Assembly: GCA_963745075.1 (NCBI GenBank)
Contig: CAVUWV010000001.1
Location: 1-64,000 of the forward strand
Length of the DNA stretch: 64,000 nucleotides
Source: Candidatus Hydrogenedentota bacterium
GTDB taxonomy: Bacteria > Hydrogenedentota > Hydrogenedentia > Hydrogenedentales > SLHB01
Direction: 5' to 3'
Shown here in pieces: positions 53,006 to 63,213 of this stretch. Positions within the stretch are counted from its first letter, which is position 1. Each line of letters opens with the position of its first letter. The translations under genes were made by a program, and so were the position numbers. The notes below the pieces were generated by a model that was given only the letters and a program-made list of their open reading frames with translations, ran no database searches and had not been told where the DNA came from.

Positions 53006-54064
53006 TTAATCGCGAAAGCTGAGCCTGAACTCCGCGCGGCGATTCTGCTTGCGATTTGCTTCGCTGGTATTTGGCACCGCCGGACGGGTTTCCCCGTAGG
53101 CTTCGGTAGTAATACGGCTCCCATCGATGCCGTGTTCCACCAAGTAGGCCTTTACGGAATTGGCGCGGCGTTGGCTCAGGTCCATATTGTATTGAGAGGA
53201 ACCCAGGTCGCAGGTATGGCCCTCGATTGCGAGGCGCTCAAGCGTATGTGCCCTGATTTCTGCGACCAGCTGATCCAGTGCCGCTTTTCCTTGCGGCTTC
53301 AGCACGGACTTGTCAAAGTCGAAGAGGATCTCATTCGGCAGGACGATTCTTTGTTCTACGATCGTGGGGGCGGAGCCGGGGCCGAAGAAGATTTCCCGGA
53401 CCATTGCGTCCATTCCCTCGGAAGTATCCACTTCGGATGCCTGCCAGGCGTGTCCGCAACCCGTTACGCGTGTCATATCTCCCAGCAGCACCTTACCCGA
53501 ATCGCTGAATCCAACGTTTACGGTATAGATGCACAGCTCGCCGTCGTGTGCTTTCGCGATCGCTTCGCAGGCATTCAAGACTCGCTCATGGGGATGGGTC
53601 CTGCCGTCGGAGAACACCACTAGCGCGGATCTTCCGGTCTGCCCTTCAAACTCCGATCCGGTGACGAGTACACCCTGGTGCAACGGCGTTGTACCGCCGA
53701 GATACCGCAGGTGGTCCGCGCAATCCTTGAGGGCATCCAAGGTACCGCTGCGCAGGGGCACCTGCATCCAATCGGATTCTGACCCCCCGGCGAACGAACT
53801 GAACCCCATTTGATATGCCATGTCGGGCATAGCGCCCACGAATGCCTTCAGGAGATTCTTCTCCTGCTGGAAGACTCGATGTTCACGGGTCGACCCCGTC
53901 ACGTCGGCGAGGATCATGACTTGGTCCACTTTGAGCACCTCGCCCGGTCCAGGGGTTACCCGCGTCACCGGGAAGGATCGTGCGTGCATCGTCTGACAGC
54001 CGGTCAATGCACCGACGGCCAACACACAACACGCAATACACACTACGCGGCGGATGGTACGCAT
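53006..54064 (-). CDS. vWA + OmpA-domain lipoprotein
   Basis: Lipobox LTGC; DVTGS/TPL/SDG MIDAS-like motif; FDFDKS, IEGHT, LSQRRA and NRRAE. Confidence 0.92.
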   Translation of the reverse strand: MRTIRRVVCIACCVLAVGALTGCQTMHARSFPVTRVTPGPGEVLKVDQVMILADVTGSTREHRVFQQEKNLLKAFVGAMPDMAYQMGFSSFAGGSESDWMQVPLRSGTLDALKDCADHLRYLGGTTPLHQGVLVTGSEFEGQTGRSALVVFSDGRTHPHERVLNACEAIAKAHDGELCIYTVNVGFSDSGKVLLGDMTRVTGCGHAWQASEVDTSEGMDAMVREIFFGPGSAPTIVEQRIVLPNEILFDFDKSVLKPQGKAALDQLVAEIRAHTLERLAIEGHTCDLGSSQYNMDLSQRRANSVKAYLVEHGIDGSRITTEAYGETRPAVPNTSEANRKQNRRAEFRLSFRD

Positions 54065-54131
54065 ACGTTCGCCTCCTGCGGTTTTCGAAGTTCTGAATTA
54101 ATGCAGCGTTGAAGTCAGATCAGTTCTCTAC

Positions 54132-54185
54132 ATTAGGTCAAACAAGGGCAAATTCCGGGTAAATACAAGGTAAAGAGTTGGTAAA
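54132..54185 (-). promoter_or_regulatory. 4x11-bp box promoter (copy 7), upstream of OmpA-vWA
   Basis: TTTACC-TTTACC-TTTACC-TTTGCC, 9 nt, CCTAAT. Confidence 0.85.
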
Positions 54186-54324
54186 CGGCGCAAGTAGAAT
54201 GGGTGCACGGTGGCTGCAATTGCCTCCCACTACCGCGATGACTACCAGCTTGCCGTGATAAACGTACGTAGCGCAGCGGGTGATGTCCGGAGCGAAGACC
54301 GCGTCACCGACGTGCTTGAAGGGG

Positions 54325-54378
54325 TTTACCGAAACTTTACCCCCGTTTTACCCCATGATTACCCACACATGGCTAAAT
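54325..54378 (+). promoter_or_regulatory. 4x11-bp box promoter (copy 8), upstream of radical SAM
   Basis: TTTACC-TTTACC-TTTACC-ATTACC, 9 nt, CTAAAT. Confidence 0.85.
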
Positions 54379-54447
54379 CGAACTAATGAAATGCGTGTTG
54401 CGGCGAGCCTGCGACGAGAAGAGATCGGTACGGTTCGTCGGGCGTGA

Positions 54448-56586
54448 TTGAATGGACATCTCGAGATGCAAATCCGCGAAGACAATCCCCTGATGCACTT
54501 ACACGTAGTCTATGTCCGTCCGTCGCGATATGATGACGACGGTTACGTTGTGCGCTTTGCGCGTGGTGTCTTGCCGTCCAACACCCTATGTTGTCTCGAA
54601 AGCCTGACCGAACGCGTTGCGGAACGCGGCGACCTGGGTTCGGCTGTGAAGGTAACCGTGGACGTATTTGACGACACGGTGCAGAGAATCCCGATCCGAC
54701 GGATTGCGAAGCTGAACCGCCGGCCCGGGACGACGGTCGTCGTGGGTTTCGTGGGGGTTCAGAGCAACCAGTTCATGCGCGCCTCGGACCTCGCCCTGGA
54801 ATTGCGTGAGCAAGGCGTGCAGGTCATGATCGGCGGGTTCCACGTCAGCGGCGTTCTGACGTTGTTCGATAAGCCCTCCTATGAACTCCAACGGCTTCTG
54901 GATCACGGGGTGACACTGGTGAAGGGGGAAGTGGAAGCGCCGGGGATCATGGCGATGCTGCTGGGCGACGCCCTCCATGGCGCCATGAAACCCGTCTACA
55001 ACATCACCGAGTGGCCGGACTTGGCGAACGCACCCGTGCCGCACGCCAACCCGAAATTGCAGTGGCGCTACGTCGCGAAACGGATGGCGACAATTGACAC
55101 CAGCCGGGGGTGCCTGTTCAACTGCTCCTTTTGCACCATCATCAATGTCCAGGGCCGGAAAATGCGCTTTCGCTCCTCGGCGTTAGTGCTCAAAGCTATC
55201 GAAGAGAACTACGCCAATGGGATTCGCTTCTACTTCTTCACCGATGATAATTTCGCACGGAATCCCATGTGGAACGAGATTTTCGACGGCCTAATCGCGC
55301 TGCGGAATCGCGGCATTCGGGTCCAGTTCATGATGCAGACCGACACCCAGGCGCATCGCATCCCGAACTTCGTGGAGAAAGCGGCTGAGGCGGGATGCTA
55401 TCTCGCCTTCATCGGCATGGAGAGTGTGAACCCGGAAAACCTTAAGGCCGTCGGCAAACGGCAGAATCATACGCAGGAATATGTGCAGATGGTGGAAACC
55501 TGGCACCAGCACAAAATCCTGGTACACGTCGGTTACATCATTGGCCTGCCGTTCGACTCGCGGGAATCCGTTCGCAACGACATAGAATACCTGCGCAATC
55601 AGATCAAAGTGGATCTTGCGTCCTTGTTCATGCTGACGCCCTTGCCCGGGTCTCGCGACCATTGGCAGATGGTTCAGGACAACGTCCCCATTGACGCAGA
55701 CTACAATGACTACGACGGGCTTCACGAGACATTCCGGCACGGGCTCATGCCAAACGGTGCATGGCGCGCCGCGTACGATGAGGCCATGCACATGCTATAC
55801 AGCAAAGAGAACATCGTCGCCGCGTTGTTGCGCACGGACTCCGAGCACTATTGGGAAATCATGTGTTTTTCGATCTGGTATCGCCACGGTACGTTAGTTG
55901 GCATGCACCCGATGGCGACCGGGGTCTTTCGCCTCAAAGATCGACGTTCCCGACGCCCAATCTTCCCGCGCGAGAACGTACTTCAATACGGTTGGCGCCG
56001 GATGAAGGATTCATACCACGGCATGAGGACCTATCTCGGCCTCTTCTTCGAATTCCAGGAGATTTGGATGCTCACCCGCAAGCCCCACGATCCACGCTGG
56101 GCGACCCTCGCCGACTTGCGCGAAAAATGGACGGACGTGCAGCACCGTCTCGTGGAATACGACCTTCAGGGGCGGTATTCGGATGCCGCCCAGGAACTCA
56201 AGGCGATGCTCACTAGCACCGCCGACCGATTGCGCCAGCTAAGCCGCGCAGGAGGGCACATCAGTTTCTCCGTCCGGCGCAGGTTGCAGAAGAAGGCGGC
56301 GGAAGTGGAGAGCTATCTGAGAGCCTTCGACATGCAGGCACCGGGCTGGAGTGACGTCGCCGATGCCGAACGCTTTGTGAAAAAGACCGTGATCGCCGGT
56401 TACGAAGAGATTGCGATTCGCTACGTGGCCAAGCGCCGCCAATTCAATGCGTTTCGCCAGGACACACTCGAGCGAATCAAGGCCGGACAGCTTCTGAGCA
56501 TCAATGTATTCCGTATTCCCTATGCGATGGTGTGTGAAATCTTCTTCGCTTCGCGGTTCGCCATGCATTTCTTCGCCCACAATTGA
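54448..56586 (+). CDS. B12-binding-type radical SAM protein
   Basis: IGGFH, SRGCLFNCSFC, FTDDNF, GMES and TPLPGS motifs. Confidence 0.9.
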   Translation: MNGHLEMQIREDNPLMHLHVVYVRPSRYDDDGYVVRFARGVLPSNTLCCLESLTERVAERGDLGSAVKVTVDVFDDTVQRIPIRRIAKLNRRPGTTVVVGFVGVQSNQFMRASDLALELREQGVQVMIGGFHVSGVLTLFDKPSYELQRLLDHGVTLVKGEVEAPGIMAMLLGDALHGAMKPVYNITEWPDLANAPVPHANPKLQWRYVAKRMATIDTSRGCLFNCSFCTIINVQGRKMRFRSSALVLKAIEENYANGIRFYFFTDDNFARNPMWNEIFDGLIALRNRGIRVQFMMQTDTQAHRIPNFVEKAAEAGCYLAFIGMESVNPENLKAVGKRQNHTQEYVQMVETWHQHKILVHVGYIIGLPFDSRESVRNDIEYLRNQIKVDLASLFMLTPLPGSRDHWQMVQDNVPIDADYNDYDGLHETFRHGLMPNGAWRAAYDEAMHMLYSKENIVAALLRTDSEHYWEIMCFSIWYRHGTLVGMHPMATGVFRLKDRRSRRPIFPRENVLQYGWRRMKDSYHGMRTYLGLFFEFQEIWMLTRKPHDPRWATLADLREKWTDVQHRLVEYDLQGRYSDAAQELKAMLTSTADRLRQLSRAGGHISFSVRRRLQKKAAEVESYLRAFDMQAPGWSDVADAERFVKKTVIAGYEEIAIRYVAKRRQFNAFRQDTLERIKAGQLLSINVFRIPYAMVCEIFFASRFAMHFFAHN

Positions 56587-56706
56587 CAACACGGTTCCCG
56601 CGATCGGTTCTTCCAGACTGAAAGACATGGCCCACAAAGGGGGCGGGGGCATCCTGGTGAATTTGGCAGCGGATCGTACACACCACGTGCGTAGCGTGAA
56701 GGGAAA

Positions 56707-57462
56707 TTACTCGGGCACATCCACGAACCGGTAGCCGGTCCCGCGCACAGTTTCCAGGAACCTGGGGTTGTCTGGATCGTCCTCGATCTTCTTCCGAATA
56801 TGCCCGATGTGCACGTCCACGACTTTTGGAATACTGTAGCTGCTGTCTTTCCACGCGAGTTCGAGAAGCTTGTCCCGCGTAAATACATGTTCGGGGCGTC
56901 GCGCAAGCGTGTAGAGCAGGTCGAACTCGACGCCGGTCAGTTCGATTGGGACATCGTCTTTCCACACGCGCCGTTCACCCGGGTCTAAACGCAAGCGGCG
57001 AAAACGCAAGACCTTGTCCCCCTCCACCTCGTCTTTGGATCTGCGCAGAATCGCCTCAATGCGGGCGCTGAGTTCTTGAAAATGAAACGGTTTGGGCACG
57101 TAATCGTCCGCCCCGATCGTGAGAGCCATAACTTTGACCGCCGAGATATTGGTGGAACTCAGCATCAGGACAGGTACATTGCCCGAATCGCGGATCTTGC
57201 GCAGCACTTCAATTCCGTCGATCGAACGTTCTCCCTTGGTCGTGGTATCCGGGAAATTGATGTCGAGCACCACGAGGTCCAGTTCCATGGATTTGGCGAG
57301 CGCCACCGCAGATCGCCCGTCGGCCGCGGTTGTCACCTCATACCCCTGATTCTCAAGATGCTTTTGGACATCCCGCAACAGTTTCCGGTCGTCATCCACA
57401 ACCAGAATCCTGCTCTTTGAAGTCTTTGTCAAAATTCCAGCATCCTTTTTGGTGACCGTCAA
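56707..57462 (-). CDS. OmpR/PhoB-family DNA-binding response regulator
   Basis: REC plus LTGVEFDLL..VVDVHIGHIRKKIE..TVRGTGY winged helix. Confidence 0.95.
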   Translation of the reverse strand: MTVTKKDAGILTKTSKSRILVVDDDRKLLRDVQKHLENQGYEVTTAADGRSAVALAKSMELDLVVLDINFPDTTTKGERSIDGIEVLRKIRDSGNVPVLMLSSTNISAVKVMALTIGADDYVPKPFHFQELSARIEAILRRSKDEVEGDKVLRFRRLRLDPGERRVWKDDVPIELTGVEFDLLYTLARRPEHVFTRDKLLELAWKDSSYSIPKVVDVHIGHIRKKIEDDPDNPRFLETVRGTGYRFVDVPE

Positions 57463-57474
57463 ATACCCTGCCGA

Positions 57475-58623
57475 TCATTCACCCAGCGTAAAGTAAATTG
57501 TCGCGCCCTGATCGGTCTGGCCTTCGGCCCATATGCGGCCGGTGTGCCGTTCGATGATACGTTTAACGAGAGCCAGGCCAACTCCCGATCCCTCGAAATC
57601 ATGGGCTTTATGGAGCCGGTGAAACGCTAAAAACATCGATTCCGAGTGGATCATGTCAAACCCCACGCCGTTGTCACGGACAAAGTACACCGTTTCACCG
57701 TCGGGTTGGTTGAAACCGACATGGATCTCCGCCCTTTCGCGCGGCCGCGTAAACTTCAGGGCATTCGCCAGGACGTTCAAGAATACCTGTTTCAGAAGTG
57801 CACGATCCGCGCGGCATGGAGGCAACTCGTCAATCACGACGACCACTTCGCGGCCTTCCTGCTCGTCCTGCAACTCCTCCAGCGCCTCGTGTGCCAGTCG
57901 TCGCACGTCAACGCGCCGTTTTCTCATGGGCTCGCGGTTTACTCGCGAAAATGTGAGGAGATCCTCGATGAGCTTGCCCATTTCCCGGGTGCTATTCAAG
58001 ATCATGTGAGTCTTTTCCACGGCTCCGTCTGGAAGTTGGGCACCGTGTTCCTGAAGCAGCAGGTGCGCAATCTTGTTCGTCAACCGCAGAGGAGAGCGCA
58101 GGTCATGCGAAACGGAATGCGTGAACGATTCAAGCTCGAAATTGATTCGCTCAAGTTCGGCTCCGTGCCGCTGGAGTACCTCGTTCAACTCCTGGATTCT
58201 TCGCTCCGCCTCCTTTTCGCGTGTGATCTCTCGGAGTTCCACGAGGATCACGTTGGTCTGGTCTTCCCCCATGGTTATACGCCGGGCGCTGAGAGACAAA
58301 ACTTTTCGCGTACTTGGCGGGACCGCGCATACGATTTCGACGTCTTTCGCGTTGCCTTCCCGGGCCACGACCGCCTCCAGGACTGCCCGCAACCGCGGTT
58401 GACCCTTCTCTCCGGCGATAAGTTCCTGGACCGACTTCCCCGCCAAGTGTCCCGGGACGATCCCCAATGCTTCGAAGAAGGCTGGGTTCGCCGCTATTGC
58501 CCGGAGCGTTTCGTCCAGAACGAGGACCGGTTCGGCTAGTGCGTTCAGGATGGATTCGGCGATCTTCATGGGTTCTACCAGCGTCCTCGGATGCTGCCCC
58601 CCCAACGGCACTCCCATACTCAT
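57475..58623 (-). CDS. Cytoplasmic PAS histidine kinase
   Basis: PAS; SVSHDLRSPL, NALKF, DNGVGF and GSGVGL motifs; no TM. The start may be 58569. Confidence 0.93.
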   Translation of the reverse strand: MSMGVPLGGQHPRTLVEPMKIAESILNALAEPVLVLDETLRAIAANPAFFEALGIVPGHLAGKSVQELIAGEKGQPRLRAVLEAVVAREGNAKDVEIVCAVPPSTRKVLSLSARRITMGEDQTNVILVELREITREKEAERRIQELNEVLQRHGAELERINFELESFTHSVSHDLRSPLRLTNKIAHLLLQEHGAQLPDGAVEKTHMILNSTREMGKLIEDLLTFSRVNREPMRKRRVDVRRLAHEALEELQDEQEGREVVVVIDELPPCRADRALLKQVFLNVLANALKFTRPRERAEIHVGFNQPDGETVYFVRDNGVGFDMIHSESMFLAFHRLHKAHDFEGSGVGLALVKRIIERHTGRIWAEGQTDQGATIYFTLGE

Positions 58624-58746
58624 TTCCTCTCACTACGTTGTATCACAGTATACATGAATTAGTGCGAAAACGGAACAATCAGGCAATTATCTAGTTGGGC
58701 AATTTTCCGCAACCATCGCGGGAAACCGTTGAGCAGGTGGGTAAGG

Positions 58747-58800
58747 TTTACCGAAGTTTTGCCAGTACTTTGCCGGGAGATTACCCAATTCTGGCCTAAT
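58747..58800 (+). promoter_or_regulatory. 4x11-bp box promoter (copy 9), upstream of rubrerythrin
   Basis: TTTACC-TTTGCC-TTTGCC-ATTACC, 9 nt, CCTAAT. Confidence 0.85.
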
Positions 58801-58917
58801 ACAGGCGGTGCAACACGCAGGGCAGGCCGGCGCACCGGCCAAATTCTCAGTCTTTCTATGACTTTGGGTTGGCCGGTATCCGGGAATCAACCGAGTCGCC
58901 CGATAAGAGGAACAACG

Positions 58918-59355
58918 ATGAATCCGCAGACGCAAGATAACTTGTTGCAAGCCATGCGCGGCGAGGCATTCGCCTTCGTGAAGTACGAGCTGTTCGCCGA
59001 TCAGGCTCGTCAGAATGGACGGGAGGAACTCGCGGCGCTGTTCGAAAATACGGCGCAGGTAGAGCGCCTGGAGCACTTCGCCGAACTCGCCGAACTCGCC
59101 GGGTTGGTGGGCAACGACTACGACAACCTGTGTAACGCCGTCCACGATGAATCGTACGAAGCGGAGAGTATGTACCGTGAGTTTGCCGCGCAGGCGGCCG
59201 CCCCTGGCGACAATCACGCGGCCGCCCGGTTTGCCGAAATAGGCCGGGATGAGATGCAGCACCGCGACGCTTTCAAGGCGGCCCTGCAAGAGCTCGAGGC
59301 GGGCAGGCAGACCAACGTCGACATGGTTACTGCACCGGAGCCTCATCATGTGTGA
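58918..59355 (+). CDS. Rubrerythrin-family (ferritin-like di-iron) protein, no rubredoxin domain
   Basis: TQDNLLQAMRGEAFA, E..EH, ESYE..MY and DEMQH motifs; GAGGA RBS. Confidence 0.88.
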   Translation: MNPQTQDNLLQAMRGEAFAFVKYELFADQARQNGREELAALFENTAQVERLEHFAELAELAGLVGNDYDNLCNAVHDESYEAESMYREFAAQAAAPGDNHAAARFAEIGRDEMQHRDAFKAALQELEAGRQTNVDMVTAPEPHHV

Positions 59356-59438
59356 CTTACGTGGTCAGATAGACTTTACCAGCGCCACGGGGCGCCGTTT
59401 TCGGCAGTGTATTGCCGGCCCTGGGGTTATGCCTCCTA

Positions 59439-59504
59439 AGGAAGGCGGTTATTCGCCGCCTTCCTATCTCCGGCAAGGACCGCGCGGTTTTTTTGCGCGG
59501 TCCT
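59439..59504. terminator. Two adjacent perfect 10-bp hairpins
   Basis: AGGAAGGCGG/CCGCCTTCCT and AGGACCGCGC/GCGCGGTCCT. Confidence 0.55.
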
Positions 59505-59633
59505 GAGAGGCCTCAGGATGACAGATTATCCAAAGCCCTCCCTTCCCCAAGCTCCCTGCGCGGTTGTCCGTCAACCCCGCCGACCGCGCAGGGACACTCT
59601 TCATGGCATTCGCGGGTCTGAACGAAGGCAATC

Positions 59634-59816
59634 ATGGCTTTTAGTATTCAGGTAGGCCATACCAACGGCGGCGTCGGCACGAACCGCATATCCACCGTCG
59701 ACCGTATCGTCAAGAATATTCTCAACCCGAATCCGCCTCACGGCACCGACCTTGGTGAAGAGCTGACTGTGGGGGCGGCCATCCAGAATCTCAAGCGATG
59801 GTGCGACGGCTTCTAG
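59634..59816 (+). CDS. Possible 60-aa hypothetical protein
   Basis: ATG with AAGG upstream, same strand as pilT. No recognisable motif. Confidence 0.35.
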   Translation: MAFSIQVGHTNGGVGTNRISTVDRIVKNILNPNPPHGTDLGEELTVGAAIQNLKRWCDGF

Positions 59817-59886
59817 AACTCTGGCGACGATGATACCGCAGAGCGCGGTACAATCGTTGAACTCCTGAAAGAGAGGGAGACTATCC

Positions 59887-61032
59887 GTGGACACGTCAAC
59901 TCTGACCGAAGTGGCTGGACCCCGCATCGAGGAGCTTTCCCTACAACGGATTCTGGCCTACGCGCTTGAGAACGGGGCTTCCGATATTCACCTCAAGCTA
60001 GGGAGGCCGCCTGCCGTTCGCGTCGACGGTGCGTTGCGATTCACGCATATAGCGGAACTCACGGATGACGACATGTTGCGAATCCTGGATGAGCTCATGA
60101 GCCCGTCGCAAAAGCAAAGCTTTCTTGAGACGGGCGATGCGGACCTGGCGATCAGTTTTCCCGATTTGGGACGGTTTCGCGCAAACTGCTATCGGCAACG
60201 GGGCGCCATGGCCATTGTGCTTCGTCACGTTCAGTCGACGATTCCAGATTTTAAGTCGCTGCATCTGCCCGAGAAGGCAATGGAACGAATCGCATTACTC
60301 CCCCGCGGCCTGGTACTCGTCACAGGCACGACAAGCAGCGGAAAATCGACTACGTTGGCGGCGCTCATTGACCGCATCAACGCGTCACGTCACAGCCACA
60401 TCGTGACGCTTGAGGATCCCATCGAGTATTTGCACACCGATAAGAAATGTAGTGTGAGCCAGCGTGAAGTTTCCATAGATACCAAGGACTTCAAGACGGG
60501 GTTGCGAGCCATCATGCGGGAAGACCCCAACGTGATCCTGATTGGCGAAATGCGTGATGTGGAGACGTTTTATACATGCCTTGGTGCTGCGGAGACCGGT
60601 CACCTCGTGTTCAGTACACTCCATACGACGAACGTCACGATGACGATCGATCGTATTCTGGACATGTTTCCCGCGGACCAGCACGGTCAGATCAGGTCGC
60701 AACTCGCGCTCCAACTTCGCGCAGTGATTTCCCTGCGGCTCCTACCGGCTGCCGACGGAACCGGCCGCGTTCCTGCCGTTGAGGTTATGTTCAACAACCC
60801 GGGTATTGCGTCGCTCATCCGTGATGACGAGATCGAACGGATACCGAATGCCATCGCGGACGGCTCCGAGGACGGCATGCAAACGTTCAACATGGCGCTG
60901 GTCGACTTGGTCAAGCAGAAGATTGTTACGCAGGCGGCCGCTGAATGGGCCTCGGACAACCCGGATGCGCTCAAGATGAATCTTCAAGGTATTTTCGGAA
61001 GCCGGGACCGCGGCGGGATCTCCAAAAAATAG
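59887..61032 (+). CDS. pilT: PilT/PilU type IV pilus retraction ATPase
   Basis: ASDIHL, GTTSSGKSTT, TLEDPIE, REDPNVILIGEMRD, ETGHLVFSTLHT and GMQTF motifs. Confidence 0.93.
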   Translation: MDTSTLTEVAGPRIEELSLQRILAYALENGASDIHLKLGRPPAVRVDGALRFTHIAELTDDDMLRILDELMSPSQKQSFLETGDADLAISFPDLGRFRANCYRQRGAMAIVLRHVQSTIPDFKSLHLPEKAMERIALLPRGLVLVTGTTSSGKSTTLAALIDRINASRHSHIVTLEDPIEYLHTDKKCSVSQREVSIDTKDFKTGLRAIMREDPNVILIGEMRDVETFYTCLGAAETGHLVFSTLHTTNVTMTIDRILDMFPADQHGQIRSQLALQLRAVISLRLLPAADGTGRVPAVEVMFNNPGIASLIRDDEIERIPNAIADGSEDGMQTFNMALVDLVKQKIVTQAAAEWASDNPDALKMNLQGIFGSRDRGGISKK

Positions 61033-61145
61033 AGACAACCCAAGCGTGTGTGCTCTTCGATGGCTCGTTGAATTCCTTCCATCGCAATTGTCGACCGTGC
61101 CGCGGGCATTCCAGCATAGTTGCCGTTTCGCAGAAGGTGAGGTCG

Positions 61146-61199
61146 TTTACCAAAGCTTTGCCAATCCTTTGTCTCAGTTTCGTGTCGATGCGCGACAAT
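61146..61199 (+). promoter_or_regulatory. 4x11-bp box promoter (copy 10), upstream of DUF3309
   Basis: TTTACC-TTTGCC-TTTGTC-TTCGTG, 9 nt, GACAAT. Confidence 0.8.
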
Positions 61200-61290
61200 A
61201 TGGGTAACGGAATGGGCTCGGCCGGGCGCGGTTGCCAAAAGACGACCGCGAACGGCCGGGCCGGCTGTCAACGAACTAAAGGAGCCCATT

Positions 61291-61455
61291 ATGGGTACGA
61301 TTCTGCTGGTTATTCTTGTTTTGATGATCTTTGGCTTTTCGCCCAGATGGGGCTATAGCCGGAATTGGGGCTACGGTCCCAGCGGCTTCGTCGGACTGGC
61401 TGCGGTTGTCGTGTTGGTGCTTTTGTTTATGGGACACCTGCCCCGCGGTTTCTGA
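61291..61455 (+). CDS. DUF3309-family small membrane protein
   Basis: MGTILLVILVLMIFGFSPRWGYSRNWGYGPSG..; AAGGAG RBS (absent from the ORF track). Confidence 0.9.
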   Translation: MGTILLVILVLMIFGFSPRWGYSRNWGYGPSGFVGLAAVVVLVLLFMGHLPRGF

Positions 61456-61649
61456 TGCATCGTGTATCTTGCCCGACCCAGGTGGCCCGGCTTGCCGTTG
61501 ATTGAAAGGACCCGCCGGCCGGAAACGCGTGAGTGGGAGGTGTCGAATTACATTAATGCCATTAGACGGTTTCCGTCGGGCATCGGGCGTTGTTCGTCCC
61601 GGCCGGCACAGGCTGACTAGAGGAGCTTGGCCGGCGCGAGGTTCAGGCT

Positions 61650-62620
61650 ATGCAATCGAATTTGACAAATATGCGTGTTCTCACGACGCGCCACCACGTA
61701 TTGGGTTTGCTTGGGATTGCTGTTGTTTGCGCTATACCTTTTACGGCCCGTGGCGGAAATACCAAACTCGCCAACGGTGCTGGCGACATCGCCGGTGTAT
61801 CGGTGGCCAGTACTAATGATGCCGCCAAGGACAGTCACGGCCCTACCGTAAAGTTGAGTTATGGCAATGATGAATCCCGACAGAATCCTATTTCCTCCTT
61901 TATGTATTTTGTCCCGCTGATCTCCTTGAATCTTGTGGATAGGCAAACCAGTGCCAACAATGATGAGGAGATAGGTATTGTCTCGTATGAACGGAAGATA
62001 GACGCAAAATCCTTCTTTGTGGCCTGTGAATTCGAAATATCGGGAGAAGGTTTTCATAAGAGCTCATTTGACCCGGCGGGGGTAATAGCAACACGCACCG
62101 CCAATCTGAAAAGAAATGAGTCGCTGGTACGGGTACTGGACTATATCAAATTCGAGGGAGAAGGATTCGGCCGTATCGAAGTAGAAGGAACGATAAACGA
62201 TTCCGCGGAGACCGTTACCGGAGTGAACCTCCGGTTCAATGCGCGCGGGGGAAGAGTCCTGTGACCATTGGCCTATATGACATCAAGCCGCGGGACGGAC
62301 AATACCAGTACGAGAACCGATCGAATGAGGTGGTCGCCCGGGTGAATACGCTCGCATTCAAGAAAACCGCGGAGACCCCCAAGATGGAGATAAGTGTGGC
62401 GTCAATCGCCAGGGCAGTAGCGCCGGATGGTTACTTCGCCCGCATCAAAGGGACACTAGCGACTCTGCTTATGAAGCCGCCGAAAATTGACGCGCTCGGC
62501 AATGAAACCATGCTCAGCTTTGGATATGCCATACTCAAGCAAGAACCCGAGTTCACGTTCCCGACCGCGAAAAATCTCAAGGAAGACAGAACGGTTGCCG
62601 CTTTGGCGCCTCAGCCATGA
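61650..62620 (+). CDS. Secreted hypothetical protein; frameshift in G-run near 62250
   Basis: Signal peptide. Adding one G joins ARGG-KSPVTIGLYD. Confidence 0.7.
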
Positions 62621-62913
62621 GCTGTTGAGCACTGCTGAGCCCGTGAAGCGCTTGACAGCATATTTCGGTATTGCGCTCCGGACGCTTTTTCCACGTAAGC
62701 CGCGCGTGTTGTTTGAGCGGGCCAATACGATAGCTGATTTTAATAGCCTTCCCTTCCCCAAGTCCTTGAGCGGTTGCCCCCTCAACCGCTCAAGGACGCT
62801 CCTTTTCTGTGGACCTGCAATCGGTTGTGGCGCGATATTGATCAAACGTATCCGTTCCGGAGTTTGCTGATTGGTCGGACACGTCTTTGTCTGCAGGCAC
62901 GCAGCGGAGAATG

Positions 62914-62967
62914 TTTACCAAAGCTTTACCAATTCTTTATCTGCGTTTCGTGCGCCAAAGGCACAAT
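62914..62967 (+). promoter_or_regulatory. 4x11-bp box promoter (copy 11)
   Basis: TTTACC-TTTACC-TTTATC-TTCGTG, 9 nt, CACAAT. Confidence 0.8.
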
Positions 62968-63213
62968 GACCGCGTAGGATGCAGGCGCCTAAGGCAACCG
63001 TCCAGACGGGCGAGGCTGCACTTCTGCGCGTCGCGGGATCCCTTTGTTCGCTGCCGGTCACGGGACCGGTACAGCGGACGGAAATGTACAGAAGTTGCCC
63101 GCTGGCCGGAGCGGAAGTGAATGTAACGTGAGTTCTACGAGATCTGGTTAGGCACCAAGCTAACGCCATCCATCGTAGACGCCACGCGGGAGGCCCCAAG
63201 GGGGCACGGCTAC

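Noticed and set aside
24058..62967. Repeated boxes as CRISPR repeats, iterons or DnaA boxes
   Set aside because: There are no spacers, cas or rep genes. The units are 6-bp boxes at fixed distance from -10-like hexamers and oriented with downstream genes.
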